A stretch of 33,985 bases of DNA, from contig NC_068995.1 of assembly GCF_001194135.2 (NCBI RefSeq), positions 23,932,122 through 23,966,106 of the forward strand, written 5' to 3'. A model generated the notes under the pieces. That model saw nothing but the letters and a program-made list of their open reading frames with translations, was not told the origin of the DNA and did not search any database. Below, one piece after another: positions 1 through 12,341 of this stretch. The translations under genes were made by a program, and so were the position numbers. Origin of the DNA: Octopus bimaculoides (lineage: Eukaryota). The first letter of the stretch is position 1, and every line of letters begins with the position of its first letter.

Positions 1-30
<30 letters not shown>
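1..30. repeat. (GT)n microsatellite
   Basis: Direct reading. Confidence 0.98.
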
Positions 31-32
<2 letters not shown>

Positions 33-485
33 ACGCGAACATAAATGTGCATGATAAACATGTAAATACGAAAATTTGCGCAACAGAATGACGGAGGAAA
101 TAGTTCAAACAGGAAATATGAACACCAACTGACTGCTGATACTCGATTGTTAACTGGTAAATGAAAAAAAAAAAATGGAAAAGTCTATACATGAATTCAA
201 CCAGTGTATAAGAAATAACACAGACGACATATAAATTCAGTTATCGAAAATGAACCTGGAAACATGAGATTTGAATTTAGGAACACTATTGTTTCAAACA
301 TTCATGCATATATAGGTATGAATGAACATATATATATATATGTGTATGTGTATGTATGCATATCTTTTCTGTCACAAACTATTTCAGTATGAAGAACAAG
401 GCCGCTCGAATAGTGTCAGCTGACGAACATGTGATACATTTCAAGAATAACTACAGCTACCAAGTATGTTTATTTTGGTGTAGAA

Positions 486-490
<5 letters not shown>

Positions 491-530
<40 letters not shown>
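491..530. repeat. (TA)n microsatellite
   Basis: Direct reading. Confidence 0.98.
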
Positions 531-531
<1 letters not shown>

Positions 532-776
532 CATTATTGCTACTGTTGCCACTGAACATTACTAGTTGTGGAATGTAGTGAATAAAATATTAATTGCACA
601 AATTCTTCCATTCTATGAAATGTTGAATCCAATTTGACGTCATTCGTGTTTAGAAAAACTCATCGGTAATGATGACGTCAATGCTCTTCGAGATGATGAT
701 TCAAATCATAATATGAAAGAGGAGGGTGGTACTTGTGAATTTACACCTACGTCTACACATGTGCACACCACACAGT

Positions 777-828
<52 letters not shown>
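777..828. repeat. (TAGA)n microsatellite
   Basis: Direct reading. Confidence 0.98.
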
Positions 829-1895
829 ATACTGCTTTAATGCTGATGTAATGTTGATGAGGAGAATTAATAACCCTGGGAATTGTAATGTTTGTCATCT
901 CCGATACAATGAAGATTATGGTGGTGCTGATTATGATGATGTTCATGATGATAACGATGATGACAATGTTGATAATAAAGGTGAATTAATGATAACAGAG
1001 TGAAATGCAATTGAGATTCTAATGAAATTGATAATGGCGAACATTACCAATAATTGAAAAAAATATAAGTAATTAGTGAAAATTTCGGTTTTCTTTCAAT
1101 CTCAGCTCGAGTTCTATTTCTAATATGCTATCCCCTGTGCCAACATTTTACATTTAAACACTGCAGATTATGATAACATTTCAAAATTTAAATAACGTTT
1201 ATATTTATCTCTTAATGACTACCAATCGCTCTGTATTCTTTCTAAATTAAACGCATTCTATTCTTTGCTTCAATTCCGAAAGTTTCAAGTAGTTTGTTGC
1301 CAAGGTTTTATGAAGGGCTTAATATCTAACCTTCAAAGGAAACCTCTATACTCGATTCTTCAGATTCTTCTGATATCACATAGCAAATAAAAAAAAATCA
1401 TCTATGTTTATAGCTATTTTGTATTTAAGGTTTGATATGGTGGAGAGACGCAATCCCTGATGACAGGGTAAAGAAACAAACTGACGATTCATAGATGCGC
1501 TATACTTTTAATTATGTTCCGTCGTCCAGACGATGAAAGATCGAACATATGTTGCCTTAATGGTGCCGCACAGTTCTGGGTAACGACGAAACATATCACG
1601 AAGATTAAGTAAACTGTAGTACTAGTACTCAGAAGATATATATATATATGCATATAAAACTTACTTGGAAGAGGATGATTGGCTTCAAATCATATAATAA
1701 TATAAATAATATATATGTTGCTAAATGTTCGAAATATGAGACTAAAAAAAACAGCCAACAACTGATGAAGGGTCGTTCTTTATACTGTTTGCTTTGTTTT
1801 TCATTCGTGTCTTTCGTTTGTCGAAAGAATAGTTATTGTTCCATGTACTCGTGCTTCGTATTTTTTTGTTGTACACGTTTCGTGACGTCCTGTGT

Positions 1896-2005
<110 letters not shown>

Positions 2006-2264
2006 TTTACCAGATGTAATAAGTTGTCCTGAACTTTTCCAAGTGCAATAACTTGTCCTCTACATTTCCAGGTTTATAATCATAAGAATATTATTTCTCT
2101 TGCATTTTTTTATGTAATCCATGTTTTTCCAGGCTATGTTATTATGCTAATTAATAATTTAAGATTTTACCTCATGCTTTCTTCTATCATAAAATAAATA
2201 TATTTTGCTTTTAAAATAGAAGAAAAGTTATTTAGATCTAAACTTGATTGGGAACGTTACTTAC

Positions 2265-2333
2265 AGGAACCAGTCCTCTTCAAAAATGTTAACAGTTTTC
2301 GATTTGGTTATGAACTGAATTAGCGACAAAGCT
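2265..2333 (-). CDS. Candidate coding exon (69 nt, phase 2 to 2) of an unidentified minus-strand gene: (x)ALSLIQFITKSKTVNIFEEDWF(L)
   Basis: Minus strand reads catctttcAG|AGCTTTG...GGTTCCT|GTAAGT with a consensus donor; only one of three frames is stop-free; protein-like composition. Hand-predicted, no homology confirmed. Confidence 0.5.
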
Positions 2334-2923
2334 CTGAAAGATGCTGCATGTGAGTAAATTGCTACCTATTGCATAGGTACTGTGATCGCAATTTCAACAG
2401 AACCATTAGACCTAACCCTTATTTCTAAAAAAATTGTTGGATTGTTTTTTGTAAAAATCATTTTGAATTGCATATTATTTACTGCTTCACTCTTATATTG
2501 TTGTATTTATTTTTTGATCCCAAATTTTAGTAAATGGTTTAGTAACATCAAAACGTTTATAAAAAGCAATTTAGTCATTGCTAGTGACAATTTAAGCCCA
2601 ATTTAAGAGGGGTAAATTTAAGCAAGAATAACTATGTCTGTATTTCTGAGGTTAAACAAATACAGGTTTATTGCAGAAACTCATTTTATTTTTCTTTCCA
2701 AGGTTAATATGGTTGTTTAAAAGGGATTTCTTTTATCATCACGGTCACGGCTAGAAAAAGATCTGCTGATTTCAGGTATTAATATCAATCAAGGTGTACC
2801 ACTGCGTATTGTGATAGTTTTTGAAATTAATCGATACTACGTAGAGTCGTCTATTTGACATACAGTCTTAGTATTATCGAAAAGTACGTATTTTTTGTCA
2901 ACTTTTTCATATTTACATGCACA

Positions 2924-3196
2924 AGGTAAAGACCCGCTTCGGTCATGAATGACCATGATATTATACCTAGAAAGTTACCCTCTGAGGCACATGTCCGGTC
3001 AAGGTTGTTTATGGAAGAGCAGCAGTCGCCAATTCATACCAGTGACCCATCTCTATGCCACCGATGTCATCCAAGGGAAAGGCAAAGGCCGATACAGCTG
3101 AGTGAACTGGAGTAACCTGAAATAAAATATACCGAAATCTAATTCACTATCTCATGATTGTGAGCGCGACGCTCTAACCACAGAGCCAAGCACCTT
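2924..3196 (-). mobile_element. tRNA-derived SINE, family B, with an RTE-like 3' tail
   Basis: Minus-strand head ttggctctgtggttagagcgtcg is A-box-like; 3' end carries hairpin ggtca-ttca-tgacc (plus-strand 2941-2954). Matches an octopus SINE recalled from memory; single copy in this window. Confidence 0.75.
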
Positions 3197-3254
3197 ATTC
3201 CCTAATTACATATGATATTTTCTTTTACATTTATATTGTTAATAAGCACAGCAT

Positions 3255-3441
3255 ACAAAGCTGGCACAATCTTTAGCGCGCCAGACGAAATGTTTAGTAG
3301 CATTTCGTCCATCTTTATATTGAGTTCAAGTTTCAGCGAGGTCGATTTTGCCTTTCGAGGGCTGATGAAACAAGTACCAGTGGAACACTGGGGTCCATGA
3401 ACTCGACTTGCTGGCCTTGAGTCAAAATTGGAAATTAATAA
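3255..3441 (+). mobile_element. Short tRNA-derived SINE, family C (central domain resembles the Meta-SINE domain)
   Basis: gctggcacaatctttagcgcgcc head, gagttcaagtt B-box-like motif, gaggtcgattttgccttt...aagtaccagtggaacactggggtc core; homologous copies at 12888, 31993 and 32222. Confidence 0.8.
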
Positions 3442-3571
3442 TCACGGAGAGCACTGGAGGACCTGGTCGGCTATAGGCACAATGACATCTCTGGGACCAC
3501 CAACCTTGGATGACACACAGTCTCAAGAAGAGCATGAAGCAACTAAGAAACAAGCATAGGTGCAGACATGA

Positions 3572-3574
<3 letters not shown>

Positions 3575-3621
<47 letters not shown>
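3575..3621. repeat. (GT)n microsatellite running into the assembly gap 3622-4253
   Basis: Direct reading. Confidence 0.98.
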
Positions 3622-4282
3622 NNNNNNNNNNNNNNNNNNNNNNNNNNNNNNNNNNNNNNNNNNNNNNNNNNNNNNNNNNNNNNNNNNNNNNNNNNNNNNN
3701 NNNNNNNNNNNNNNNNNNNNNNNNNNNNNNNNNNNNNNNNNNNNNNNNNNNNNNNNNNNNNNNNNNNNNNNNNNNNNNNNNNNNNNNNNNNNNNNNNNNN
3801 NNNNNNNNNNNNNNNNNNNNNNNNNNNNNNNNNNNNNNNNNNNNNNNNNNNNNNNNNNNNNNNNNNNNNNNNNNNNNNNNNNNNNNNNNNNNNNNNNNNN
3901 NNNNNNNNNNNNNNNNNNNNNNNNNNNNNNNNNNNNNNNNNNNNNNNNNNNNNNNNNNNNNNNNNNNNNNNNNNNNNNNNNNNNNNNNNNNNNNNNNNNN
4001 NNNNNNNNNNNNNNNNNNNNNNNNNNNNNNNNNNNNNNNNNNNNNNNNNNNNNNNNNNNNNNNNNNNNNNNNNNNNNNNNNNNNNNNNNNNNNNNNNNNN
4101 NNNNNNNNNNNNNNNNNNNNNNNNNNNNNNNNNNNNNNNNNNNNNNNNNNNNNNNNNNNNNNNNNNNNNNNNNNNNNNNNNNNNNNNNNNNNNNNNNNNN
4201 NNNNNNNNNNNNNNNNNNNNNNNNNNNNNNNNNNNNNNNNNNNNNNNNNNNNNATATATACATATATAAAGTCAATAAATAC

Positions 4283-4374
4283 ATATTTAATAATATAATC
4301 GAGAAACAAAACGCTTTTTCCCATTTTTTCGCAATTTAATATTTCAAATATCCATTTCTTTGTAGTCGATAATT
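4283..4374 (-). CDS. Candidate coding exon (92 nt, phase 1 to 0): (K)LSTTKKWIFEILNCEKMGKSVLFLDYIIKY
   Basis: Very strong polypyrimidine acceptor ttcttcacttccgctttttcctgcttcgctAG; open phase-1 frame; donor GTATTT (moderate). Its 3' part coincides with the start of ORF 3422..4324. Confidence 0.5.
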
Positions 4375-5051
4375 CTAGCGAAGCAGGAAAAAGCGGAAGT
4401 GAAGAACCGTGAAATTGTTTGATACCATTGGCTATGTGATGAAATATTCTTGCTAACTTTCAACACTTCGACACTAACGCTAATATTCCTAGTGGAAGAT
4501 TTCAAGTTAGGCATTAATATATTCCATATTATTTCCGATCAATTCCATATTGATTATCAACCGACATTTTCTCACAATTTTTACATTTCTTTTCTTCCTC
4601 TCTTTCTTTATTCATTTCCTTTTTCTATTTTTCTTTCTCGCTATTTTTCTTTTTCCTGGCTCCCACTCTCATACTCTAATTTTAACGGCTTGTCTCACCT
4701 CTCTCTTACTTTTGTACAGGTCACTCACCTAATACGCTTTTCTCTTAATCAAACTTGCTCCTCAAACCTCTGATCTCTCTCTATCTCTCTCTATGCTAGC
4801 TAACTCCCTAAGAGTACATGCTTTTCTACCTCTTCCCTCTCTATAACATTCTATTCAAAGGGGTGTCATGGAATATTAAAAAGTTCAAATAATCATTCCG
4901 ATACAGTAATTTCTTTATTATATTTTTTCATTTCTTAAACTGATTTAATTTTTCTATATTTTGCTGCAATTTTCCTTGATATTAAACTTAATCTTATATG
5001 TTTTGTTAGTCTTATTTGCTATATATTTATCATTTATTTATTACCATTAAT

Positions 5052-5069
5052 ATCATTATCATCATCATC

Positions 5070-5146
<77 letters not shown>
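5052..5146. repeat. (ATC)n/(ATT)n microsatellite
   Basis: Direct reading. Confidence 0.97.
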
Positions 5147-5619
5147 CAACGACAGCATATTTCATTTTTATATTGTTGCCCTTACTGTTGATGCTGTTAT
5201 TTCAGGTGAAACCAGAACGTGAATAAATATACTTTAAAGAACAAGTAAAGCAACAAACCACGGTCTGTAAGAAGAAAAAAAAAGCATAATCATAATAAAA
5301 TAATTCGTAAATTAAGAGGAAATTTATGTGAAAAGGTAACTATCGATGCTTTGATACTTTCGTAATGACAAGAGCATGTTCTTTCGCCTTGAAAAGAATA
5401 TCATGTGTAAATGTTCTTTGAAATTTGCAACCGTATGTCTTTTTTTATTATATTTGTTCATTAATATGCTGCTCCTATTTTACAAAATTTCTTGCATCCT
5501 GTTTCGTACAGGTTGAGTGGTGAACGATGTTCAGCATATGTGTATATATGGGTATCAAAATACGAATACGAACACACATGCACACTTATATATGTGTTTG
5601 TTTATACATGTATGTGAGT

Positions 5620-5717
5620 ATATATGTGTGTGTGTGTGCGTGTGTGTGTGTGTATGTGTGTGTGTGTGTGTGTGTGTGCATGTGTGTTCGTGCGTATATA
5701 TATATATATATATATAT
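5620..5717. repeat. Imperfect (GT)n then (AT)n microsatellite
   Basis: Direct reading. Confidence 0.95.
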
Positions 5718-6103
5718 GCATGTATAGACAGGTTTATACATCAGCATTGTATCACATCACAGAAATACAACTAAGTCCTCAACAAACAAGATGTAAAGCA
5801 TAATTAACACAATGACATTTAGGCATACTGAGTGAGAGAAATACTTGAAGCCCTATATGTTGAACATGTCCGATCCAAAGACAATTTCCTTTCTAAAAAC
5901 TTGTAGCATTTACAGATACCCAAACAAGACTGTTGAACCGTTGAGAATTGTATTTGCTAAGCTTATATTCATTCGTTATAACGTACCCGAAAGCCAGGGA
6001 GTGTGGAAATTAGTTTGAAACTTGAAAGAAGCCAAATGTTTCCCATATTTTTGTAGAATAACTACAGTAACTTGTGTTTACGTATTAAAGCGATATAAAT
6101 TAC

Positions 6104-6158
6104 TTTGAAAATATATCACTTCTTCATCCAGAGAATAATTTAAAGCAGAAATCCATTG
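6104..6158 (-). CDS. Candidate coding exon (55 nt, phase 0 to 1): QWISALNYSLDEEVIYFQ
   Basis: Acceptor ctttatttttttgagttcAG, donor GTAATT; only phase 0 is open; phase-compatible with exons 9884-9957 and 4283-4374. Confidence 0.42.
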
Positions 6159-7397
6159 CTGAACTCAAAAAAATAAAGTCACACATGACTTTTAGGCGCA
6201 GCTGCATGTCTCGCGTCATAAAGCAAAATACATGAAGTTTGGTCTATATTGTAGATTCCAGTTCAGCCCGGTGGTATATTACCATCAAATTTGAAGGTGT
6301 GTAAAGGAAAGAGACTTACTTCATTTAATAAATCATGAATATGTAACTAACCATATTCACGCATTTGTATGCACGCATTTGTATGCACGCACGTATGTAC
6401 ACAACTTGACAGGTCGTTTACTTCCCTTAATATATCCAGATTTGTATTGGTTATGATAATACTCCCTTTAATTGCATAAGCATTTTTGTCATACATTTAT
6501 ATGGCCACTTCCCCTCAAATTCTGATACAAACTTACAACGAAATTGTGAAACAGTGATCAGTAAATTTATGACAAGCTAAATTGAAATTTGATAATATGA
6601 ATATTACTAGAAAGTAAACATATCTCAACATATAATATTTCATGTCGAACGAATGAAATAATGAGAAAAGAGTGCTCAATATATTTATTTTATAACCTAA
6701 ATAGTTTCATGACAGACAAACTCTGAACTTCACTTTTAATGAATTGTTTATGTATGTATGCATGTATTTACCTGTCTGGCTGTCTATCTATGTATTTATT
6801 TACGTGTGTATCTTTCTACGAATATGGTGAGAGAGTGTTATATTAGTAGAATAGCCGAGTGTCGAACAAACTATCTTCCTGTATTTAACTTCATTTTCCG
6901 TCCCTGTCGACTAGAAAATTGGTGCCACGTTATTAATAATTATTGACTACCATACATTCATAACATATTTTCTTTATTCCCCGTTAGCAGTTTGAGAGAG
7001 CGGGCTGAGAGATTCTCCCAGTCCTTTAACTATAATCGTATTTAAACAAGATTCTAATTTGAATCTAAAAGCATTCCTTATCGTCCTAATCGTTGGAATC
7101 CGCTTCCAAAACTTGCCCATTAAATATAACCAAGGAGAGTACATATTTAATTTTTCCTCCACTATGATGTGCCACAACATTCTCCCCCATGAAAGTAAAT
7201 TATATGTTAAAATGGTCTTTAAATTTGCATTACAAGTGTCGGTTAGGCTTAAATATTTGCGTCTTCATTTATTTTATAGTTTATGAATGGATTGTTTCTG
7301 CTTTCATTATATGCTTGATTGAATGAATAAATGTGTGTTAAGGGTTTTGTAGAAAAAAGATCATTGATAATGAGACAGCGGTCTCTTACGAATTTAC

Positions 7398-7457
7398 CCT
7401 CGTTCAATAACACAAATCTTTCTTCCCTCTCACGCAAGCCCGTAATTCTAAAGCCTT
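7398..7457 (-). CDS. Candidate coding exon (60 nt, phase 1 to 1; alternative donor GTAAGA gives 7390-7457, phase 1 to 0): (x)GFRITGLREREERFVLLNE(G)
   Basis: Acceptor atttctttaatcctAG, donor AGG|GTAAAT; open frame overlapping ORF 7249..7437. Its place in the exon chain is unresolved. Confidence 0.33.
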
Positions 7458-7782
7458 CTAGGATTAAAGAAATTCAAATTAAATAACTAAAGATACATGT
7501 ACTGTAATCTTTAAAGGCTTTACGTTATTTAATTTTGCAAATTTCATACACCTAATATTTAAATTACAACAGAGCATTTAACCTCAATAACACTTTCCCG
7601 AAATTGTATAAATCCTATGGGTGTTTATTCACCCTTTACTGACAAGAGTCTTCTTGAGGCACTTCTTTAATAGTTTCATCTCCATTATGCAAGACCTTAT
7701 GGTGAGATAGTAGAGACTAAATGTGTAGTATTCTGTAATCACATCCGTTGGCTTTTGTCTCCCATAGCAATTACTTTTCAAA

Positions 7783-8178
7783 TTCTTTCATTTTTTTATT
7801 TGTTTCAGTCATTTGACTGCAGGCATGCTGGAACAGCGCCTTTAGTCGAACTAATGGACCCCAGGACTTATTCTTTTAAGTCTAGTACTTATTCTATCGG
7901 TCACTGCTGCCGAACCTCTAAGTTACGGAGACGTAAACACACCAGCATCAGTTGTCAAGCGACGGAAGGGATACAAACACAGACACACAAACACACATGC
8001 ATATATATATATACGACGGGCTTCTTTCAGTTTCCGACTACTATATCCACTGACAAGTCTTTGATCGGCCCGAAGCTATAGTAGAAGGCACTTGCCGAAG
8101 GTGCCACGCAGTTGGATTGAACCCGGAACCATGTGGTTGGTAAACAAGCTACTTACCACACAGCCGCTCCTGCGCCTA
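7783..8178 (-). mobile_element. Full-length tRNA-derived SINE, family A, minus strand
   Basis: Reverse complement aligns by eye along its whole length to 20685-21110 (head aggcgcaggagcggctgtgtggtaagtagc, internal TA/CA run, tail cagtcaaatgactgaaacaaat). Confidence 0.92.
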
Positions 8179-9271
8179 TGCTGATGAAAATAAAATAAAA
8201 TACTGAGGAAGATTTAGCAAGTTACCAACGTGTGCCAATTCGAGATATTAGTATTATAATATGTGTAATACATATTAGTTATGTAATAAGTCGTGACCAA
8301 TTATTTCGCACTATTTACTTTGCCAGGGTTTGACTTTATATGCAATCGATTATCTATAAATGATTCTATGCAGACACAGGACATTTTTGTTTTACTGTTT
8401 GCTGTTCTTTTAAATGAAGTACTAGACTACCAAGTACCGAAATTCGACTCTGATTTCTTGATATAGTAACTTCACATCAGTTGCATTGATGGCAATTTCG
8501 AGACACACACACACACACACACACACTCACACAGTTCTACGTTTCCACCCTGGCTAAATCTAAAAATTGTGTATCCAACTCATGAAAAGAAATCGAGTTG
8601 AACGCAGTTTATTATCATTTAATACTTATCTTAAACGTCATTGCTTTACATTTACCGTTTAATTTACTGGAAATGTCTACAAAACACTATCTCAAACGAT
8701 ATATTAAAGCATCGTTGTAATTTTTAGAAAAATATATCTATAGAAATAACAAAGTAAAGAAAGATATCTAAACATAAAATGAATCTAAATAACGGGACAA
8801 GAAAACAAAAACGAAAGAAGCATTTTTGATTGATCTGGTAAGAGAAAAACTAAAACAGTGAAATATAAATTTGGCTCATTTTCACAGATTTAGCTTCATT
8901 ATAAAAGTAATGTGATTTTCAAACCTGTTATTAACACATGCAAGTTTACAATGAATTAATTCAATTTCTATCATGCGGGAACCTGCGTTTATCTGCTTAA
9001 ATAAAATGCTATTAGAGGAGTTATTTCACACTAATTGATTTGTTGTTTATGTATGTGTGTGTTTATGTGTATGCGTATGTGTGTCTGCGCGTGTGCTTGC
9101 ACGCACGCGGGCGTGTGTGCGAGTGCTTGTGTGTGTGTAGATATACGCGTGTACGTGCGTCTGTGTGTAAGTGCAGGTTAGTGTTTTGCATATTCCTCTA
9201 CTAAATTTCTTCTTCGTTATATTATTATCAATATGAAATTAATCACATTATTATTATAATTAGTATTAATA

Positions 9272-9330
9272 TGTTGTTGTTGTTCTTCTTCTTCTCCTTC
9301 TTCTTCTTCTTCTTCTTCTTCTTCTTCGTA

Positions 9331-9393
<63 letters not shown>
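9272..9393. repeat. Compound (GTT)(CTT)n(ATT)n microsatellite
   Basis: Direct reading. Confidence 0.97.
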
Positions 9394-9395
<2 letters not shown>

Positions 9396-9883
9396 TGGTA
9401 TAAAAGCTAGTTACCTTTTAATGCTGCGCAAAGTTTGGTGGAAATTCGTTGTCTGTACCTGACTAAATTAATTATTTCGCTCAGAAGCAGCGCAACAATT
9501 GGAAGAGCCTACCAGTTTCCAGCGTTTGCCCCTTTAAAACGGTAAAATTTTTGTAAAATGTTTGCACACAATTTCATATGGCATTTTCAAAAGAAACAAT
9601 ATGGTATCCAATTCAATTGCTAACGACACTCCAACAGTTTAATTGGCTTTTGTAGCAGTAACTACTTCGGAAGGCTCATCTATACCATTTTTTCTACCAT
9701 CACCATTACCCTTAATAGTGTCATCAAAACTCGTGACAATAATGACGGTGACAACGACAGCACCAACAACTACATCAGCAACACAACTTTTGCGGCTAAA
9801 TTTCCCGCAGAATATTAAGCTAAACGTGGAGACTGTTAATTTGTAGACAGTAAATCCGTGCAGAAACTATGACATGCACTTAC

Positions 9884-9957
9884 ACGCAGACCTGATGATG
9901 AATAATCATCTTCCTCATCATCATTGTTATCAAGTGATGGAAATGGCGTACCACACG
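9884..9957 (-). CDS. Candidate coding exon (74 nt, phase 1 to 0): (A)CGTPFPSLDNNDDEEDDYSSSGLR
   Basis: Acceptor taaatgctttcAG and consensus donor CGT|GTAAGT; acidic linker-like peptide; phase-compatible with neighbouring candidates. The phase-0 frame is also open but less protein-like. Confidence 0.55.
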
Positions 9958-11049
9958 CTGAAAGCATTTACAATTCAGAAAATAATGTCAGCCGATCGCT
10001 ATCCTGTACCTGATCTCTTGATGTCGGTAAACCTGCTCTAAAGAACGTGAGGGAAGATCTGTTTATATCTCAGCCTTATAGTTGACCATCTTTGCATAAA
10101 CGAGGATCTGTCGGAACTCTAGTTTGAGCAAGTTGGATGATACTCTCCAGGACCGTTAGAGTGAACGAATGTGACGCCGCATCCAAGATCTTTGAGAGTA
10201 ACAGATAAATGAAAATATTGACCTGCACAATTAACGGACAACTTTTATAACCAGCGTTTTTCATCACAGTTACAAGGTCTAGGTAGTACATTTGTGCGCG
10301 TTCCAATGAACTTTTGACTACATCGTGACCCAGACATTTGACAATAGAGCTCTTAGCACTTGCCTGAGATACTACTTCATGTTTGGGTAAATAAGAGGTG
10401 AATTAATATCCCTTTTATTATTATCCTTATTATTATGTTGTTTTAGATGTTTTTCTAGTAGCTACAACTGTTGATGTTGTGGATGGTGTTCATTATACTA
10501 ACAACATGCTCTCGAATTCTCCATAGGTTATAGGTTATTTTCTATTCGTTTAACACATTCTCATTGTTAATATTTGTTATTTGTTAGTACATTTTGTGAA
10601 TTAACCAAGAGCTAAGCGGACACGTTTAATGTTTGGTTTCCTACGACTTTCTGACAGAAACATTTACCAAATTTCTAAAATATGTTTAACGCCTTTAAAT
10701 TATGGCAATTATTTTAACAGCCAGCAAGCGAGAGATAAGTTTTGAGAAGAGAGTGAAAAATTCCATTCAGCCCCTTCTATCCAGCGGATCAGTGAACGAA
10801 TATTTTCACCCTCCTCAAAGTACAGATTATGAAATTATACAATCACTGTGACCAAAATCGTGCGAGCCGCAGCAACAACAATAGTAACAACAATTACATG
10901 AACAACAATAAAAACAATGTGGGAAACAAAGAAAACAAAAACACTCCGTCTAATTCCATCAATAGGTCGTGATGTCAACCAGAAAACCAGTGAAAACTAT
11001 TGGAAAACCGACGTATGGAAACAGCCATACAAGCCCACGTGAAATGATG

Positions 11050-12190
11050 CTTGTACGAAATATGGGCAGACATAGATTTCATCACTACAGCTCGAGAATT
11101 CAGAGCTCTTGAAGAAAGCAATCTTTCCCACATTCGTGAGAAACAGACTGTGAAAAATCCGTTATATCATCAAGGCTGAACATCTGTTTGGTGTCGCTCC
11201 GGAGGGAAGTGATACTCTCTCCGAGAATTACTCTGGAATAGGACTAGAGGTCCTATTACTGGTGGACTCGGAATACATGCCGGGTCTAATTTAACTGTTC
11301 AATGGAACACAACTCCATGTCACGGTGCAGAGTAAAATACCTAGATTCACATATATAGTGAGGCCTACTGCCAAAAGATCTTCCTCCCACAAGAGAAAGC
11401 GAATGCCATAAATACAGCTACTACAACACAAACAACAGCGTGCAATCATATCCGGAGGAACAGTAGCAACAACAATAACTACGACAGCAAAATCAGCAGC
11501 AAGTACAAAAAGAAAAACAGCAGGATCTACAGCAGGAACCCCAGAAGCAGAAGCCCCAAAGAATAAGCAACAGAGACTTCCATGACAACAACATTGACAG
11601 TATAAAGAATTCCACCAGCATCAGCATCAGAATTGTCCAACACCTAAACAACATCACAACATATACCTCCTCTCCATTCAGGTCACTGAGATTGATAAAG
11701 GGCACTTGTCATGTCGAATGTATCGTCAGTCGTTCATACTTCTCTACCAGTTGAGCATTGATATTGTAAAAGGGATCAGTGGCACACAAAGCCGATGGTT
11801 TTCTGAAGGAAGGGAAATCTAGGCCTCGATCAAAATCAGTTGACTTGCCTGTTCTGATCAGAGCCTGTGGATAAATTCAAGAACTCCCTAGCATAGAATA
11901 CTACTGAATAATAGTACCGTAAGTCGAGCCTGCTTCTGATGCTCGGAGAGCGATAAACCGTTCTGCACGTACTCCTTATATGCCTGAATATTGCTGGCTG
12001 ATGAATTATGTTGTATAACTTGTCACCTGCGGAGAAGATTCGGCTATCTGCTGAACCCATAGTGAAGATCGTTTCTCCACCTTCCTTTATCAGGGAAGAC
12101 TTGGCAATCTTTATTTGCCACATGGCTTGGATGAAAGATGATATTGACTGGATTGAATACAAGGTAACTTCGTCTTTGGTCATGTCCTGA
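11050..12190 (-). mobile_element. Possible ancient CR1-like LINE remnant
   Basis: Minus-strand traces IFRHIRSTCRTV, AREFLNL, FPSFRKPSALCATDP (linker-like) and YNGFFTVCFSRMWERL (resembling the SFF.R...LWN.L C-terminal motif). Weak and read by eye only. Confidence 0.32.
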
Positions 12191-12285
12191 AAATTTGTTG
12201 AGGTTCAATTGAAAAGGAAGTCACGGTGGAGAAAGAAATGATGCCTCCCAACAAATTTGGAGAAAGATGCTTGTGAATGGCACGC

Positions 12286-12287
<2 letters not shown>

Positions 12288-12341
<54 letters not shown>

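Noticed and set aside
2265-2333. Resemblance of ALSLIQFITKSKTVNIFEEDWF to meckelin/TMEM67 (I.IFFIDWE)
   Set aside because: The conserved hydrophobic FI positions are EE here and no other candidate exon resembles TMEM67; no gene symbol assigned.
2267-2349. LRR-like plus-strand translation MLTVFDLVMN*ISDKALKDAA
   Set aside because: In-frame TGA and non-matching phases; the opposite strand has an open frame with a consensus GTAAGT donor.
3422-4339. Long ORFs of 233-300 aa in the ORF track
   Set aside because: They run through the 632-N gap and GT/AT repeats; artefacts. The same applies to ORFs over the other N gaps.
7630-7730. Possible minus-strand exon SLLSHHKVLHNGDETIKEVPQEDSC
   Set aside because: Weak acceptor, and the best donor creates a TAA when joined to the 7457 acceptor.
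9085-9165. Alternating purine-pyrimidine CG/TG tract (Z-DNA prone), and the long CT and GA tracts (triplex prone)
   Set aside because: Ordinary degenerate microsatellites that are ubiquitous in this kind of genome; nothing locus-specific.
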